A DNA stretch of 64,000 nucleotides from Octopus vulgaris. Taxonomy: Eukaryota. The notes below the pieces were generated by a model. It saw only the letters and a program-made list of their open reading frames with translations, had not been told where the DNA came from and did not search any database. Shown one piece after another: positions 51,859-64,000 of this stretch. Each line of letters begins with the position of its first letter. Within the stretch, counting starts at the first letter, position 1. The DNA is taken from contig OX597833.1 in NCBI GenBank assembly GCA_951406725.2, forward strand, positions 70,742,001-70,806,000, read 5' to 3'. The translations under genes were made by a program, and so were the position numbers.

Positions 51859-53075
51859 GATTGAACAAGGACAAAGTTACCCCACTCACTTGCTTTTGTT
51901 GTTGCCGTTAGTCCCCTATTCAGCTTTCATAAAGATAATTCAAGCCTTTTTTTCATATATATACACACATATATATGTATAACTTACTTGGAAGAAGACG
52001 CATGTTAAAGTAAAGTTTGTGTTCCCCAATGGTTTATAAGTCTTTCACGACGGGGAAAAAAAACAGAACTGACTGGCAAGAGTATAAAGACGAACGTAGT
52101 TGCTTCCCTTGGATTATATTATGTTAACGTTTCATTAGTCTTGAGTCAGATTTGACTGAGTCATATTTATTGTTACTCATAAGTCATTTATGAGCCGACT
52201 GATAAGTCAGATATTCATAACTCTTCTCTGTTGCTGTACCAACTCCTCAGCACATAATTTTATCTCCCAGTGACTGTTTTCTCAATTGAATTAATCTAGT
52301 TGATGTTCCGTTCCAAATTCAAAACAACAAACAACTGGTGTTTTCCATTTGGAACCGTTAAATCACATATGTGAGAACCTGCAGTATATAACAGTCAATT
52401 TGGTATGGTGAGACCTCATTTGTATAAAACAGTGAGTTGAGAAGCATCGAATTTCTTCGATCCTGAAATTGTCTTCGACCTTGTCCAAATATTTCGACCC
52501 CTTAATCGATTAGAGTTATCTCCCTTCCCATTGCTCGCCTTCCAACGCCTCCTCCTGCAAAAGGGAAGAAGTCTTTGGCTATTAAGGGCTTGATTTAATC
52601 TTACTTTTAATTATGTACTTTAGTCTCTTTAAAGAAAAGTGAAATTACTTTACGCCGGAATTGATGAGAGTGAAATCCCATAATTTCATTAAAAAAAGCT
52701 TCTGAAATATAATTTTATTACAGAAAAACTTACTGTCAATTAATACAGGGATCCAGTACATTGGTTTGCCCAGGGGCCTAGAACGACGCTAAGACGGTCT
52801 TGTGTCTATCCTTGATAAATATTTCTGAGGCAATCAGCGTCACTTTGTATGACAAGGTTGCAGGGGTATAATAAACCCAGCCAATGTATTTCGGTATTTT
52901 CTGCTGACTCAATTTCCTCTGTAAAGATTTGTCAAGAAATTAATTCCGAGAGCCACGTATTTTCTCGATAAAACCAATGTTTTTAGAGCTGGGTTGTGGA
53001 GACTGTAATATCGTGAAAAACAACACGATTACAAATAAATTTCTCAATAAACTTGCTCAGTGCTCAAGAGAACAG

Positions 53076-53470
53076 GGCGCAGGAGTGGCTGTGTGGCAAG
53101 TAGCTTGCTTACCAACCACATGGTTCCGGGTTCAGTCCCACTGCGTGGCACCTTGGGCAAGTGTCTTCTGCTATAGCCTCGGGCCGACCAAAGCCTTGTG
53201 AGTGGATTTGGTAGACGGAAACTGGAAGAAGCCTGTCATATATATGTGTATGTGTGTATATGTTTGTGTGTCTGTGTTTGTCCCCACCACCACCACCATT
53301 GCTTGACAACCGATGGTGGTGTGTTTACGTCCCCGTAACTTAGCGGTTCAGCAAAAAGAGACTGATAGAATAAGTACTAGGCTTACAAAAGAATAAGTCC
53401 CGGGGTTGATTTGCTCGATTAAAGGCGGTGCTCCAGCATGGCCACAGTCAAATGACTGAAACCAGTGAAA
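53076..53470 (+). mobile_element. SINE family A, full length
   Basis: Head and tail intact. Confidence 0.9.
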
Positions 53471-53752
53471 GAGTGCGAGAAAGATCGATTTTCAACCACA
53501 AGTGACAACGATGGACATGTTTTTTGCCGATCAAGTAAAACAAGTCTGTTTCTTAAAGTTTCCTAATCAGAAATATCGATCGATCGACGATCGACTCGAA
53601 ATCATCTTTGCACAAATAATCTAACTTCTCTTTTCTCTTGACATTTAAGGAAATTGAGAAAATCTCACTTTCGTTTCATACAGAGACCAGTTCTCAATTA
53701 TTAAATTTAATGGTTTTGGTTTTTGTTTTTTTTTACCTTTTGTGTGATTTAA

Positions 53753-54153
53753 TTACTCTTTACTCTTTTTACTGCGGCCATGCTGGAGCACCGCCTTTAA
53801 TCGAGCAACTCGACCCCGGGACTTATTCTTTTGTAAGCCCAGTACTTATTCTATCGGTCTCTTTTGCCGAACCGCTAAGTAACGAGGACATAAATACACC
53901 AGCATCGGTTGTCAAGCAATGCTAGGGGGACAAACACAGACACACAAACACACACACATACATACATACATATATATATATACATATATACGACGGGCTT
54001 CTTTCAGTTTCCGTTTACCAAATCCACTCACAAGGCTTTGGTCGACCCGAGGCTATAGTAGAAGACACTTGCCCAAGGTGCCACGCAGTGGGACTGAACC
54101 CGGAACCATGTGGTTGGTAGACAAGCTACTTACCACACAGCCACTCCTGCGCC
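53753..54153 (-). mobile_element. SINE family A
   Basis: Reverse complement of family A. Confidence 0.9.
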
Positions 54154-54837
54154 TATATATTTATATATTATTATTAAATAATTATAATTATTTTAATTGC
54201 TTTATTTCGGTATAGTAACTTTTCCCACCTCGTCGTGTCTTAATAAATCATCAGCAATGGAAGCAGTAGTACTAATACCGAAAGATAATCTTTAAATCCA
54301 TCTTGACATGGGATGCATTGTTAGAACACCGAATACTGCGTTATTAGCGTTGAAAGAATCGTCTGCCATGGGGCACAGAACTCCAACGGAGGACGCAGAG
54401 GAGCTGACACGGCGATGATGGGGTGGGAGGGGCACTGGTGGACGTGGTCGGCTCTGCATCACTAACTTGGAACGACCTAAGCCCCATCAAGCAGGAGCAT
54501 GGAACCAAGACAAAGCCACGGGTGTCACTCTTGTTTGATTTCTACTTCGCTGAGCACCGCTGTTAAGCCATGTCTGCAGTTGTCTCCCTTTGCTCAAACT
54601 CGCTCAGAATTGTCTCCCCTAATCAAAGCCCTACTCCAGTTAAAAACTACATATCCATCCATCTATCTATCTATCTATGTCTGTCTGCCTGTCCGTCCGT
54701 CCGTCCATCCATCTATCTATTTATCTATCCATCTACATATCTATCTATCCATCCATCCATCCATCTATCTATCCATCCATCTATCTATCTGTCTATCTAT
54801 CTATAACACCATCTATATTTATCTCTCTATCTTTAAT

Positions 54838-54895
<58 letters not shown>

Positions 54896-55059
54896 TTCAC
54901 ACAAAATGTGAAGGGATGTGGCTTACTTCTTTGGGTGTTGGGTCCATGACTTTTGAGGTTTTGAGTTCAGTTCCAGGACCAGGAATCCTGGTTGTATTCT
55001 TGAACAAGGAATTCCATTTGATGCTGCTCCAGTACAACCAACTCAAAGAATTAGTACCA

Positions 55060-55720
55060 ACTTCATAATGGTGCAGCTTTCCTTCTCTCTTGCTATCACA
55101 ATCCTGGACATTACACTTGACCAAAGATGGATAGATTAAAAGAACATCATCTACATCTGCTCTCAACTGTATCTGGGGATTCTTGCTAAGTAAAACTTGA
55201 TGGAGAGTGATGTCTATAGTTTGTGCTTTGGTGTAGACTTTTATATATTTCGGTTTAGAATCATCTCTAATAATACAGACATTATTGATATCACATAATG
55301 TATGTTTTCTGTGTGTATATTTATCAACTGTGGAATTTATCCAGGGAGAAATGTCTTTAAGGTGTGAAGTGTTAAAAACCATTGAATACCTTTGGAGGTA
55401 GACTCAAAACACACGAACCAGACGACATCAGAAATGGATTGCATTATTCAAGCCGTTTTTAATGCAGCATTTTGTTTTAGTTGTGCAGCAGTATTGTGCA
55501 TTAGCAAAGATAGATTTTTATGCTATCTGCATGTGTACCTGCAGAACAATGTCTTGAATCGATTTCAAGGTAACTTGGGTATGTGATGCTGGCGAAATGA
55601 AATGAGAACAACATATCCAATATCCACCGTTCTCGTTCACATCTGGAGGGATTTGTTTTGTCTGGTTTTGAAGTTTTTGGTGCCTTTTTAATAATCAACA
55701 TCTGAAAGGGATTTTCCAAG
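55060..55720 (-). pseudogene. Possible decayed Penelope-like reverse transcriptase fragment
   Basis: Ordered motifs LFSFHFASITYPS (~SFD..SLYP), KGI.MVFNTSHLKDI (~G..MG...SP.L.DI) and RADVDDVLLIY (~RYVDD..LI). Frameshifted. Confidence 0.45.
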
Positions 55721-55909
55721 GATCAATTAATTTCACAGCTAATAAATGTAAGAACAAAACACATACATTAAGTATATGTCATTGGCAATGTTTATATGTA
55801 TATATACACACACAGCATGTCCATAAACTATTTTTACAACTTCTATAATTTATTGTATCTATTAAAGTTGATATTTGTCAACCAAATTCTTTTCATCTTA
55901 AATAAATAT

Positions 55910-56060
55910 CATTTTATTTTCCTACAAGACGGTGTGCTGCACCATAATGGGTCGAGTGCTTCTGAGTTTCTGAATGAAACTTTTCCAGACAGGTCGATTG
56001 GAAGAAGCAGTCTAGTTCCATGGCCACCACCGAGGTCACCAGATATAACCCCTTCAGACC
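55910..56060 (+). pseudogene. Tc1/mariner transposase catalytic-domain fragment
   Basis: FLQDGVLHH...FLNETFPDRSIGR...WPPPRSPDITPSD matches QQDGAPPH...FP.RWIGR...WPPRSPDL.P.D. Confidence 0.8.
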
Positions 56061-56811
56061 CCTCCTTACAGTCCTCTTGTCCAGTCATGAAGCATTTCCT
56101 CACAATCGTAACACACAACACAAGGGGCCCATATTTTGTATGGTCACCCAGAGGAATTCCAAAATAGGTTTTATAAGCCCGTCTCACAGACGATGTGATG
56201 TTGCACGTTTGAGGAATAAGCATGAAAGAGCTACACAGACACAGCAGAAGCCATCAGGATTATTCACACATCTTTGTCTACTTGAAAAAGCCATGATCAG
56301 ATCTGAAAAAAACCACCGTTGTCAATTCTTTGTAAGTAGGATATATGCATCTCAATATGTCGAATTTCATTACAAAAATTGAATCTTCAAATTGCAAGAA
56401 AACTAGAACAACAGGAGCAAAACTGAGGACAGGTTTGAAATTAGCACAAAAAGACAGACGGAATCAGTAAAAAAAGAAAAATCGTATTCAACAAATTTTT
56501 TTAAAATTGTCCAATGCAATCAGACAGTTTATTTTGACAAAGATTTATAAAACTTTTTTATTTAAAATTTTTATTGTTTTTTTTTTTGTTTTTTTTTCAG
56601 TATTCCGTAACAATTTATACAAGACAATGAGTTTGTTGTGAAATTTATTTTGGTTTCAGTTGAATAAACAAAACATAAACAAAACAAATATATAAACATG
56701 CAAAAACAAAACAAGAAAAAAATTAAGATAACAAACGAGAGTGAAGTCTCTGATAACGAATGTTTAGAATTGGAAACAAAGATAGGCTGGGGGGGGGGGG
56801 GTAGTAAACAA

Positions 56812-56982
56812 GTACTTGAGTCGTACTTGAGTCCCGTACTTGAGTCCCGTACGTGAGTCCTGTACTTGAGTCCCGTACGTGAGTCACGTACTTGAGGAGT
56901 CCCGTACGTGAGTCACGTACTTGAGTCCCGTACTCGAGTCCCGTACGTGAGTCACGTACTTGAGTCCTGTACTTGAGTCCCG
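56812..56982. repeat. 13-bp minisatellite GTAC(T/G)TGAGTC(C/A)C
   Basis: About 13 units with alternating variants. Confidence 0.9.
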
Positions 56983-58359
56983 AGAATAATCATAAAGTGA
57001 TTTAACGAAACATAAAGTGATTTAACGAAGCAAGGCATTTAATCCATTTTCTGTTAATCCTTTTTGCCAATCCACAAATGTCTCCGGTTCTTCGTTTGGC
57101 ACATTTTGCAGAGGATTTTTGGCAAAAATGAAAGAAACAGTGAATGATTCCAAAAGACTTGAAGAGATCAAAGAATGTCAGAAAGAATGAAGATTTGTGC
57201 AAAGAAAATATATTCTGGCCGTCGCAGGTCGACAACCGAAATGTCAGCTGAGATAACGAGTCAACGATACAAAAAAAGAAACAAAAGAACAAAAAGGGAA
57301 AAAAATGATTCCCTGGCAGTTTCTTAAATGGGAAAAAGAAAGAGTAACTCTTGGGGGCCTTTATTGCAGGAATTCCAAGACTGGAAGTGTGTGGAGAGGG
57401 TGGGGAAGACTGATTAATCGATTCGTCAAGTTGGAAGCAATTTATTATCAATTAGTGATTTGGTGTGAATGTTTTGCAAGACTAGAATCCACAAAAAACC
57501 TCCATGGGCCAGATGGTGGTGGTGGTGGCGGCAGTGGTGGTTACTGAATCAGTGGGGGTGGTAGTTTAAGCCTACACATCAATGGGCACCATAGCTCTGC
57601 TGCACTCTCACCCCGCCCTCCTCCTCCCATTCTGTGATTTCATGTCATGGGAATCTACTTACCGAAACTCTGCTACAAGTGGGTTCCAGGCATTGTGGAG
57701 ACACAAATGTCAGTTATGGACATATGGACATATTGGCTTGAAATATTTTAAGTACACATTGAATGGACAATGTAAGATGAAATGTATAAAAAAACAAAAT
57801 GGAAAAAAGAGAGGATGGTCACTGTTGGACTGTCATTGATCATAAGTCTGTTTGTTTAGGACTGACCTGTGGTTAAACAGGAACAACATGTTTGTACTGC
57901 AATCCACTGTGGAAATAAACATGGGTTTTTCTACAGCCACACTGCATTACATTGTGTCCTAACCATGTAGCATACCACTCTACATGCATGCCACTGCTAC
58001 ATTCACAGACACACTACACCAAACACCTGTTTACACTAAAACCCGGTCCATCAGCTTATTAGAAACAGCAGTCAAATCTTCCTATAACAAATTCTTTCTA
58101 ATTTTTGCACAAGGCCAGCAGTTTCGAGGGACGTTAGTTACTTGATACCACTGACTCCAGTATATGACCGGTACTTCATTTTATTGACCCCCACCCAAAA
58201 AAAAAAATGAAAGACAAATTTAACCCTGGCAAAATTTGAACTCAGAACATAATGCAGTGGAGGAAATACCACAGACCCTCTTTGTCAGCCACTTTAACAA
58301 GGCTCACCACCTTCTTATGTCATAGAATAAAGATACTACCTTACAAAAAAAAAAAAAAA

Positions 58360-58395
<36 letters not shown>

Positions 58396-58449
58396 TGTTG
58401 CTGCTCATGTATTTTAATTTAACTTAAAAAAAAAAATTTTAAAAAAAAT

Positions 58450-58616
58450 ATGAACGAACTACTGAGTTTGGTTTAATGGCCTACCAATATACACTATGAG
58501 TTTCTTTGCCCTAGGAGTCGGGAAGACACTCGGCAAGAAATGGAAGCAAATTTGAAAGAAGAAGAAAAAAACCATAAATAATAATAATAATAACAATAGT
58601 AATAATAATAATAACA

Positions 58617-58662
<46 letters not shown>

Positions 58663-58822
58663 TAATTTTTTAAAAATGAACAAACTAGTGAGTTTAGTTT
58701 AATGGCCTACCAATGTATACTATGAGTTTCTTTGCCCTAGGAGTCAGGAAGACACTCGGCAAGAAATGGAAGCGAATTTGAAAGAAGAAGAAAAAAACCA
58801 TAAATAATAATAATAATAATAA
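58450..58822 (+). mobile_element. Two tandem ~130-bp LINE-like 3' ends with (TAA)n tails, possibly Dong/R4-type
   Basis: 58450-58580 and 58677-58822 are near-identical and sit in TAA tracts. CCTAGGAGTCGGGAAGACACTCGG resembles recalled Dong/R4 3' UTRs. Confidence 0.5.
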
Positions 58823-59357
58823 TTTCAATGTAATCTCAAGTTTTAAAACAAACATAATTTTCGTATGGTTTTTTTAGGCATTCACTAGTACAACACTAAG
58901 TACAAAACCAAATATATGGCACCCTAGGCATAACAACAACATGAACTTCCAACTTTTTGTCTTCTGAGGTCTTTGGGTGAGACTTGGAGCCAACTTGTAC
59001 AAATGTAAAGCAAAAGTCTAACATAGATTATCATGGCTAGAATGCCTTTGATCACAGTTCTGCTTGATTAAGGTTGACCCAGGGTTAACGAGTGCCAACA
59101 ACAATGAGTGGAGTTCACTGCACAGGGGTTTCAGAATTCTTTCTAATTTTGATATAAAGCCTGAAATTTGGGGGCCAAGGGAGCTTGTCAGTGACACCAA
59201 ACCCTCAACTCAACTGGTACCAATTTAATCGACCCCCAAAAGGGTGAAAGGTAAAGTCGACCTCAGCAGAATTTGAACACAGAACATACAGCTGGAAGGA
59301 GTGCCACTAAGCATTTTGTCTGAGGCCCTAACACTTCTGCCAGCTCACTGCCTTAAC

Positions 59358-59458
59358 CCTGTGCCTCTACTCCCCCATGTGCCTCTACTCCACCATGTGC
59401 CTCAGCGACACCATGTGCCTCTACTCCACCATGTGCCTCTACTCCACCATGTGCCTCA
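59358..59458. repeat. 18-bp tandem CCATGTGCCTCTACTCCA, about 5.5 copies
   Basis: Directly visible. Confidence 0.9.
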
Positions 59459-60044
59459 GAATCCTTACAAATATAAAACAAATTGACTGAACCGTCCAGA
59501 GCTGACCACACACTGATACTTCCTTCCTTCGTTTCAGCATTAAGTCATGGTTGGATTGCCTTACACAGAGTTAACAATAAAATGGTAAAGACTTAACTTT
59601 CACTTTCCCATCTCTTTCAACTGACATGGGGGAAAATAATGGTGAACTTCAAATATATACAAGAATTGGCAATATTTCAATAAATATCGCAACGCCAGAC
59701 ACTGGTCCTGGACAATATATTTGGTTGATGGAATTAAAATCAATTAACATTCTCATCAGACTTCTTTATTTTTAATTATATATAAATACACACACGCACA
59801 CACACATACACACACACATGCACACTATATATATATAGATAAAAAAAATTTTTCTTAGAAATATGTCAAAATAAATTTTTTAGGGGTTTTTTTTTCCATA
59901 TATTTTAGAGAAAAAATATACAAATTTAAATGCTTTGGTTTACAAAAAGAAAGAAAGAGAGAAAGAAATATTCAGAACCTCAAAATATAAATTCAAAATT
60001 TTTGAAGAACCAGTCGTAAAAGATACAGAGATGGGAGATATTTC

Positions 60045-60239
60045 AAACACGTATATATATATATATATATATATACATATATATATACACACACACATAC
60101 ATATATATATACACACACGTACATATATATACATATATAAACACACACATATATATATATGCATATAAATATATATACACACACATACAAAAATATGCAT
60201 ATATATATATATATATATACACACACATATATATATATA

Positions 60240-60281
<42 letters not shown>

Positions 60282-60510
60282 TATATATACACACATATAT
60301 ATGCATATATATATACACACACACATTCATATATATATACACACACATACATATATACACATATATATACACACACATACATATATACACATATATATAC
60401 ACATATATATATATACATATATATACACACACATGCATATATATACACACATACATATATACGCATATATACACACACACACATATATATATAACTATAT
60501 ATATATATCT
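60045..60510. repeat. Compound (TA)/(CA) microsatellite
   Basis: Directly visible. Confidence 0.9.
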
Positions 60511-60874
60511 TATGATTTAATGTCCTTTAAATGATGATGATGTATATATATAGCTATATATATTTATTGCATATATTACATGTATACATGTGTGTGTGTG
60601 TGTATGCATGTATGTATAATGTTTATGTGTGGATGTACAGCTCTTAAAATAGAGTTGATTACAAAAAACTATGTTCAAAGCAATTTTTGATTCTTTCTTT
60701 GTCTTCAAATGTAAAAGACAGACGAATGACTCAATTATTCGTCTCCTAACGGAGAATTTCCCTAGAAAATAATCTACCATGCAACAAGGTCTACTCTGCC
60801 GAGAGAAGAGTACAATCAGAAAGTAGACGGGTCATAGTTTTATAGCTTTCTTCCGGTTCTCTATCGAGAAAACT

Positions 60875-60993
60875 TCAAGGCGGATTTGAGAAATGAGTTT
60901 CCTCATCGGAACTTGTGTTTGGATCACCGTGAGAATTTAGCATTTCGATTGCTTCCTCGTTTAGTTCTTCAACCTTGTTTGTGTCCTCATATC
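60875..60993 (-). CDS. Terminal coding exon of an unidentified convergent gene (GYEDTNKVEELNEEAIEMLNSHGDPNTSSDEETHFSNPP*)
   Basis: On the minus strand, a CT-rich tract and TTACAG acceptor (AG at 60995-60994, phase 1) precede a non-repetitive acidic peptide and TGA at 60877-60875. Confidence 0.7.
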
Positions 60994-61318
60994 CTGTAAG
61001 GAAGAGGGAGAGAGAGAGAGAGAAGAAAAAAATGTATATGTCAGAAACAGCAGGATTAGTATTTACAAGGCAGTTGATAAAAGTCAATCAAGTGATACAC
61101 AAATTACTTTTGTGCTAACGAGTTGCATGCCTTTAGAATCATAAACGAAGTCTTGCTGAGGTCAACTTTACTTTTCCCTTTTCTGGAGGAAGGGACTGGG
61201 GGCTGATTAAAATAGATACCAGTTGTCTATTGGGGTTGATGTCATCTACTAGAACCCATAGCCGTCTTCACTCTGTGAGTGACAGCTCTGAGTTAACATG
61301 CATGCCAAGTGTTTAAGG

Positions 61319-61537
61319 CAGTGCTTTTCAAACGTTTTGCTGGAGCGGAACCCCAAGGAAACATTCCACTGGCTTGGGTAACCTCTGTGCAATAATTTAA
61401 TAGTCTTATGCACACATATCTGCACAGGAGAATTAAAAATTACTGCCGATTTTAGCAGTTTTGTAACTTCTTGCGGAACCCCTAGACTGTACCGGCGGAA
61501 CCCTAAGGTTCCGCGAAACCCTGGTTGAAAACCACTG
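61319..61537. mobile_element. hAT-type MITE
   Basis: TIRs CAGTGCTTTTCAA / TTGAAAACCACTG. Perfect 8-bp TSD GTTTAAGG at 61311-61318 and 61538-61545. Confidence 0.9.
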
Positions 61538-62226
61538 GTTTAAGGTGCCAATGTATTGGCAAGCAGCCACAGAGACACTTTCTGAGACCTCCTACCTTTT
61601 GTTGCAGAGGAACATTAAATCTGGAAGGAGAGGGCAGTACCAACGCTCGGCTGGGACCTATTTACAGGGGAGTAGACTGGAGCAACATGAAGTGAAGTAA
61701 CTTGCTCAATGCAGCAATCAGTCCAAGAATCAAGTCCACAACTTTATCACCTTGAGTCCAAGCCTAAACCACTGTGTCATGGGGCCTTCATGGTTTGCCT
61801 TGTTTAAGGACACAAGGTAGTGCCTAATCCAGGAATGGAACCTGTGACGTTGTGATCACGAGTCTAACACCGTATCCTATAGACTAAATGCCTATATTTG
61901 TGAAAGTGGAAAAAATGAACAGAGAGGAAGAAGTCAGTGAAAGATTTGAGTTTGGCTGATGAGGAGAGAGACAGGGGCACCATTTCTGGGTGTCGAGATA
62001 TGGCTGCTCAACGGAGACTTTGAGCTATGGTGAAAATACTGCTAAGAATAATAATAATAATAATATTAATAAGAAACTTATAGTATACACAGCTCAGCTA
62101 TGCTGTATATTGGTGTACATTTAAATCTGTATATTTTTTTCTCAAAAGATATATATATATAAAAAGATGAAAAAAATTTACTTTTAACAAGTTTTAAAAG
62201 AGTAAATATTTTTATCTATATCAGAA

Positions 62227-62861
<635 letters not shown>

Positions 62862-63021
62862 GTGAGGGTACAATATGCACTTGTTTGCTAGAAAGAAGAG
62901 TTAAAACTCTCCAAAGCCTCACATCTCTCACTATATGTAAACACACACGGAAAATGTTGCAAATATACTAAAACGAAACAGTGGTCCCCATTCGTAAAAC
63001 TACAAAGAGGAGAGAAGATAT

Positions 63022-63080
63022 CCCAGCATCAATTGATTTCGCTTTCTGTGCTGAAAGACACTCAAAACTCATCAGCTAGG
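63022..63080 (-). ncRNA. Hammerhead-like motif, probably inactive (AUG at the cleavage triplet)
   Basis: Minus strand reads CCTAG-CTGATGA-GTTTT...AAAGC-GAAA-TCAATTGA-TG-CTGGG. All three stems can form; palindrome ATCAATTGAT. Confidence 0.55.
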
Positions 63081-63397
63081 CTCACCACATAAACTATTTT
63101 TAAAAATATATTTCCCATGTAAATAGGCAATGTGAAATGAAGTGTCTTGCTTAAGAACACAACACATTGCCCAGTCCAGGAACCAAAATCACAATCTTTT
63201 GATCATGAGTCCAACACCTTAACCACTAAACCATGTGCCTCCACACACACAAACACACATATAACACTTTATTTTAGGGGTTAAGGATGCTACCAATAGT
63301 TTTATGCAGAAGGAATTTCAGAATATTTAAGTGATCCCCACTAAAAAACTGTGTAAATTCTCTTCACGTGAAACCATTGGTAGCATTCTTAACTTTA

Positions 63398-63584
63398 TCA
63401 TCATTTAGCGTCCGTTTTCCATGCTAGCATGGGTTGGATGGTTCAACTGGGGTCTGTGAAGCCGGAAGGCTTCATCAGGCCCAGTCAGATCTGGCAGTGT
63501 TTCTACGGCTGGATGCCCTTCCTAACGCCAATGCCCTTCCTAACGCCAATACCCTTCCTAACGCCAATGCCCTTCCTAACGCCA
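63398..63584 (-). mobile_element. Repeat family C, truncated in a 4 x 18-bp tandem stutter
   Basis: ATGCCCTTCCTAACGCCA four times at 63513-63584 (one unit with a substitution). Confidence 0.85.
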
Positions 63585-63756
63585 AAATAAATAATATTGT
63601 AAATAAATAATATTTATTCACCAAGTGCAATGTTGAACACTCATTCTCACTACTCAATGCCATTATATATATGTATATATAATTAGAAATTTAAAAAAGA
63701 TATCAATAAGTACTCCATCTTGTGAGAGATAAATATTATTGATAAACACAATATAC

Positions 63757-63963
63757 ATTTTTATAAGCCACTAATAGTTTCATGCGATGAAAACATCTCA
63801 GACAGCATTTTTCAGATATCTGGTGCCTCCGTGCAATCCTCGGGCTCTGCCCATATGGCATAACAAGCTAATACTGAGGACCTCATGAAGGTAGCAGATA
63901 TGTTAAAGAATGCTGTCTGAGATGTTTTCATATCACATGAAACTATAAGTAGCTCATAAAAAT
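63757..63963. repeat. Fold-back element with ~80-bp imperfect arms
   Basis: ATGAAAACATCTCAGACAGCATT / AATGCTGTCTGAGATGTTTTCAT, with flanking matches. Confidence 0.8.
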
Positions 63964-64000
63964 ATATATATATCACCCATGCCAGCATGGAAAGCAGATG

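Overview
AT-rich, microsatellite-dense eukaryotic DNA. The SINE repertoire points to a coleoid cephalopod, most likely Octopus (inferred, not verified). Nearly all ORFs in the track are simple-repeat or SINE artefacts. Supported coding sequence: the large terminal exon of an SNRK-like kinase gene (+, 33414-34758, ending CCSLV), a candidate 36-nt upstream exon (10756-10791), and the last coding exon of an unidentified convergent gene (-, 60875-60993). The rest is intron, UTR or intergenic DNA holding tRNA-derived SINEs, an RTE-tailed repeat, non-autonomous Helitrons, hAT and TTAA MITEs, and decayed RTE-X, Penelope-like, Dong/R4-like and Tc1/mariner fragments. The most striking signal is a set of minimal type I hammerhead-ribozyme (HHR) motifs of the Penelope-like kind, often in fold-back repeats. 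These include a three-copy family with a tRNA-like Pol III head joined to an HHR-bearing tail, inserted as inverted dimers, with target-site duplications at two of the copies. All coordinates were read by eye; no searches or folding programs were run.
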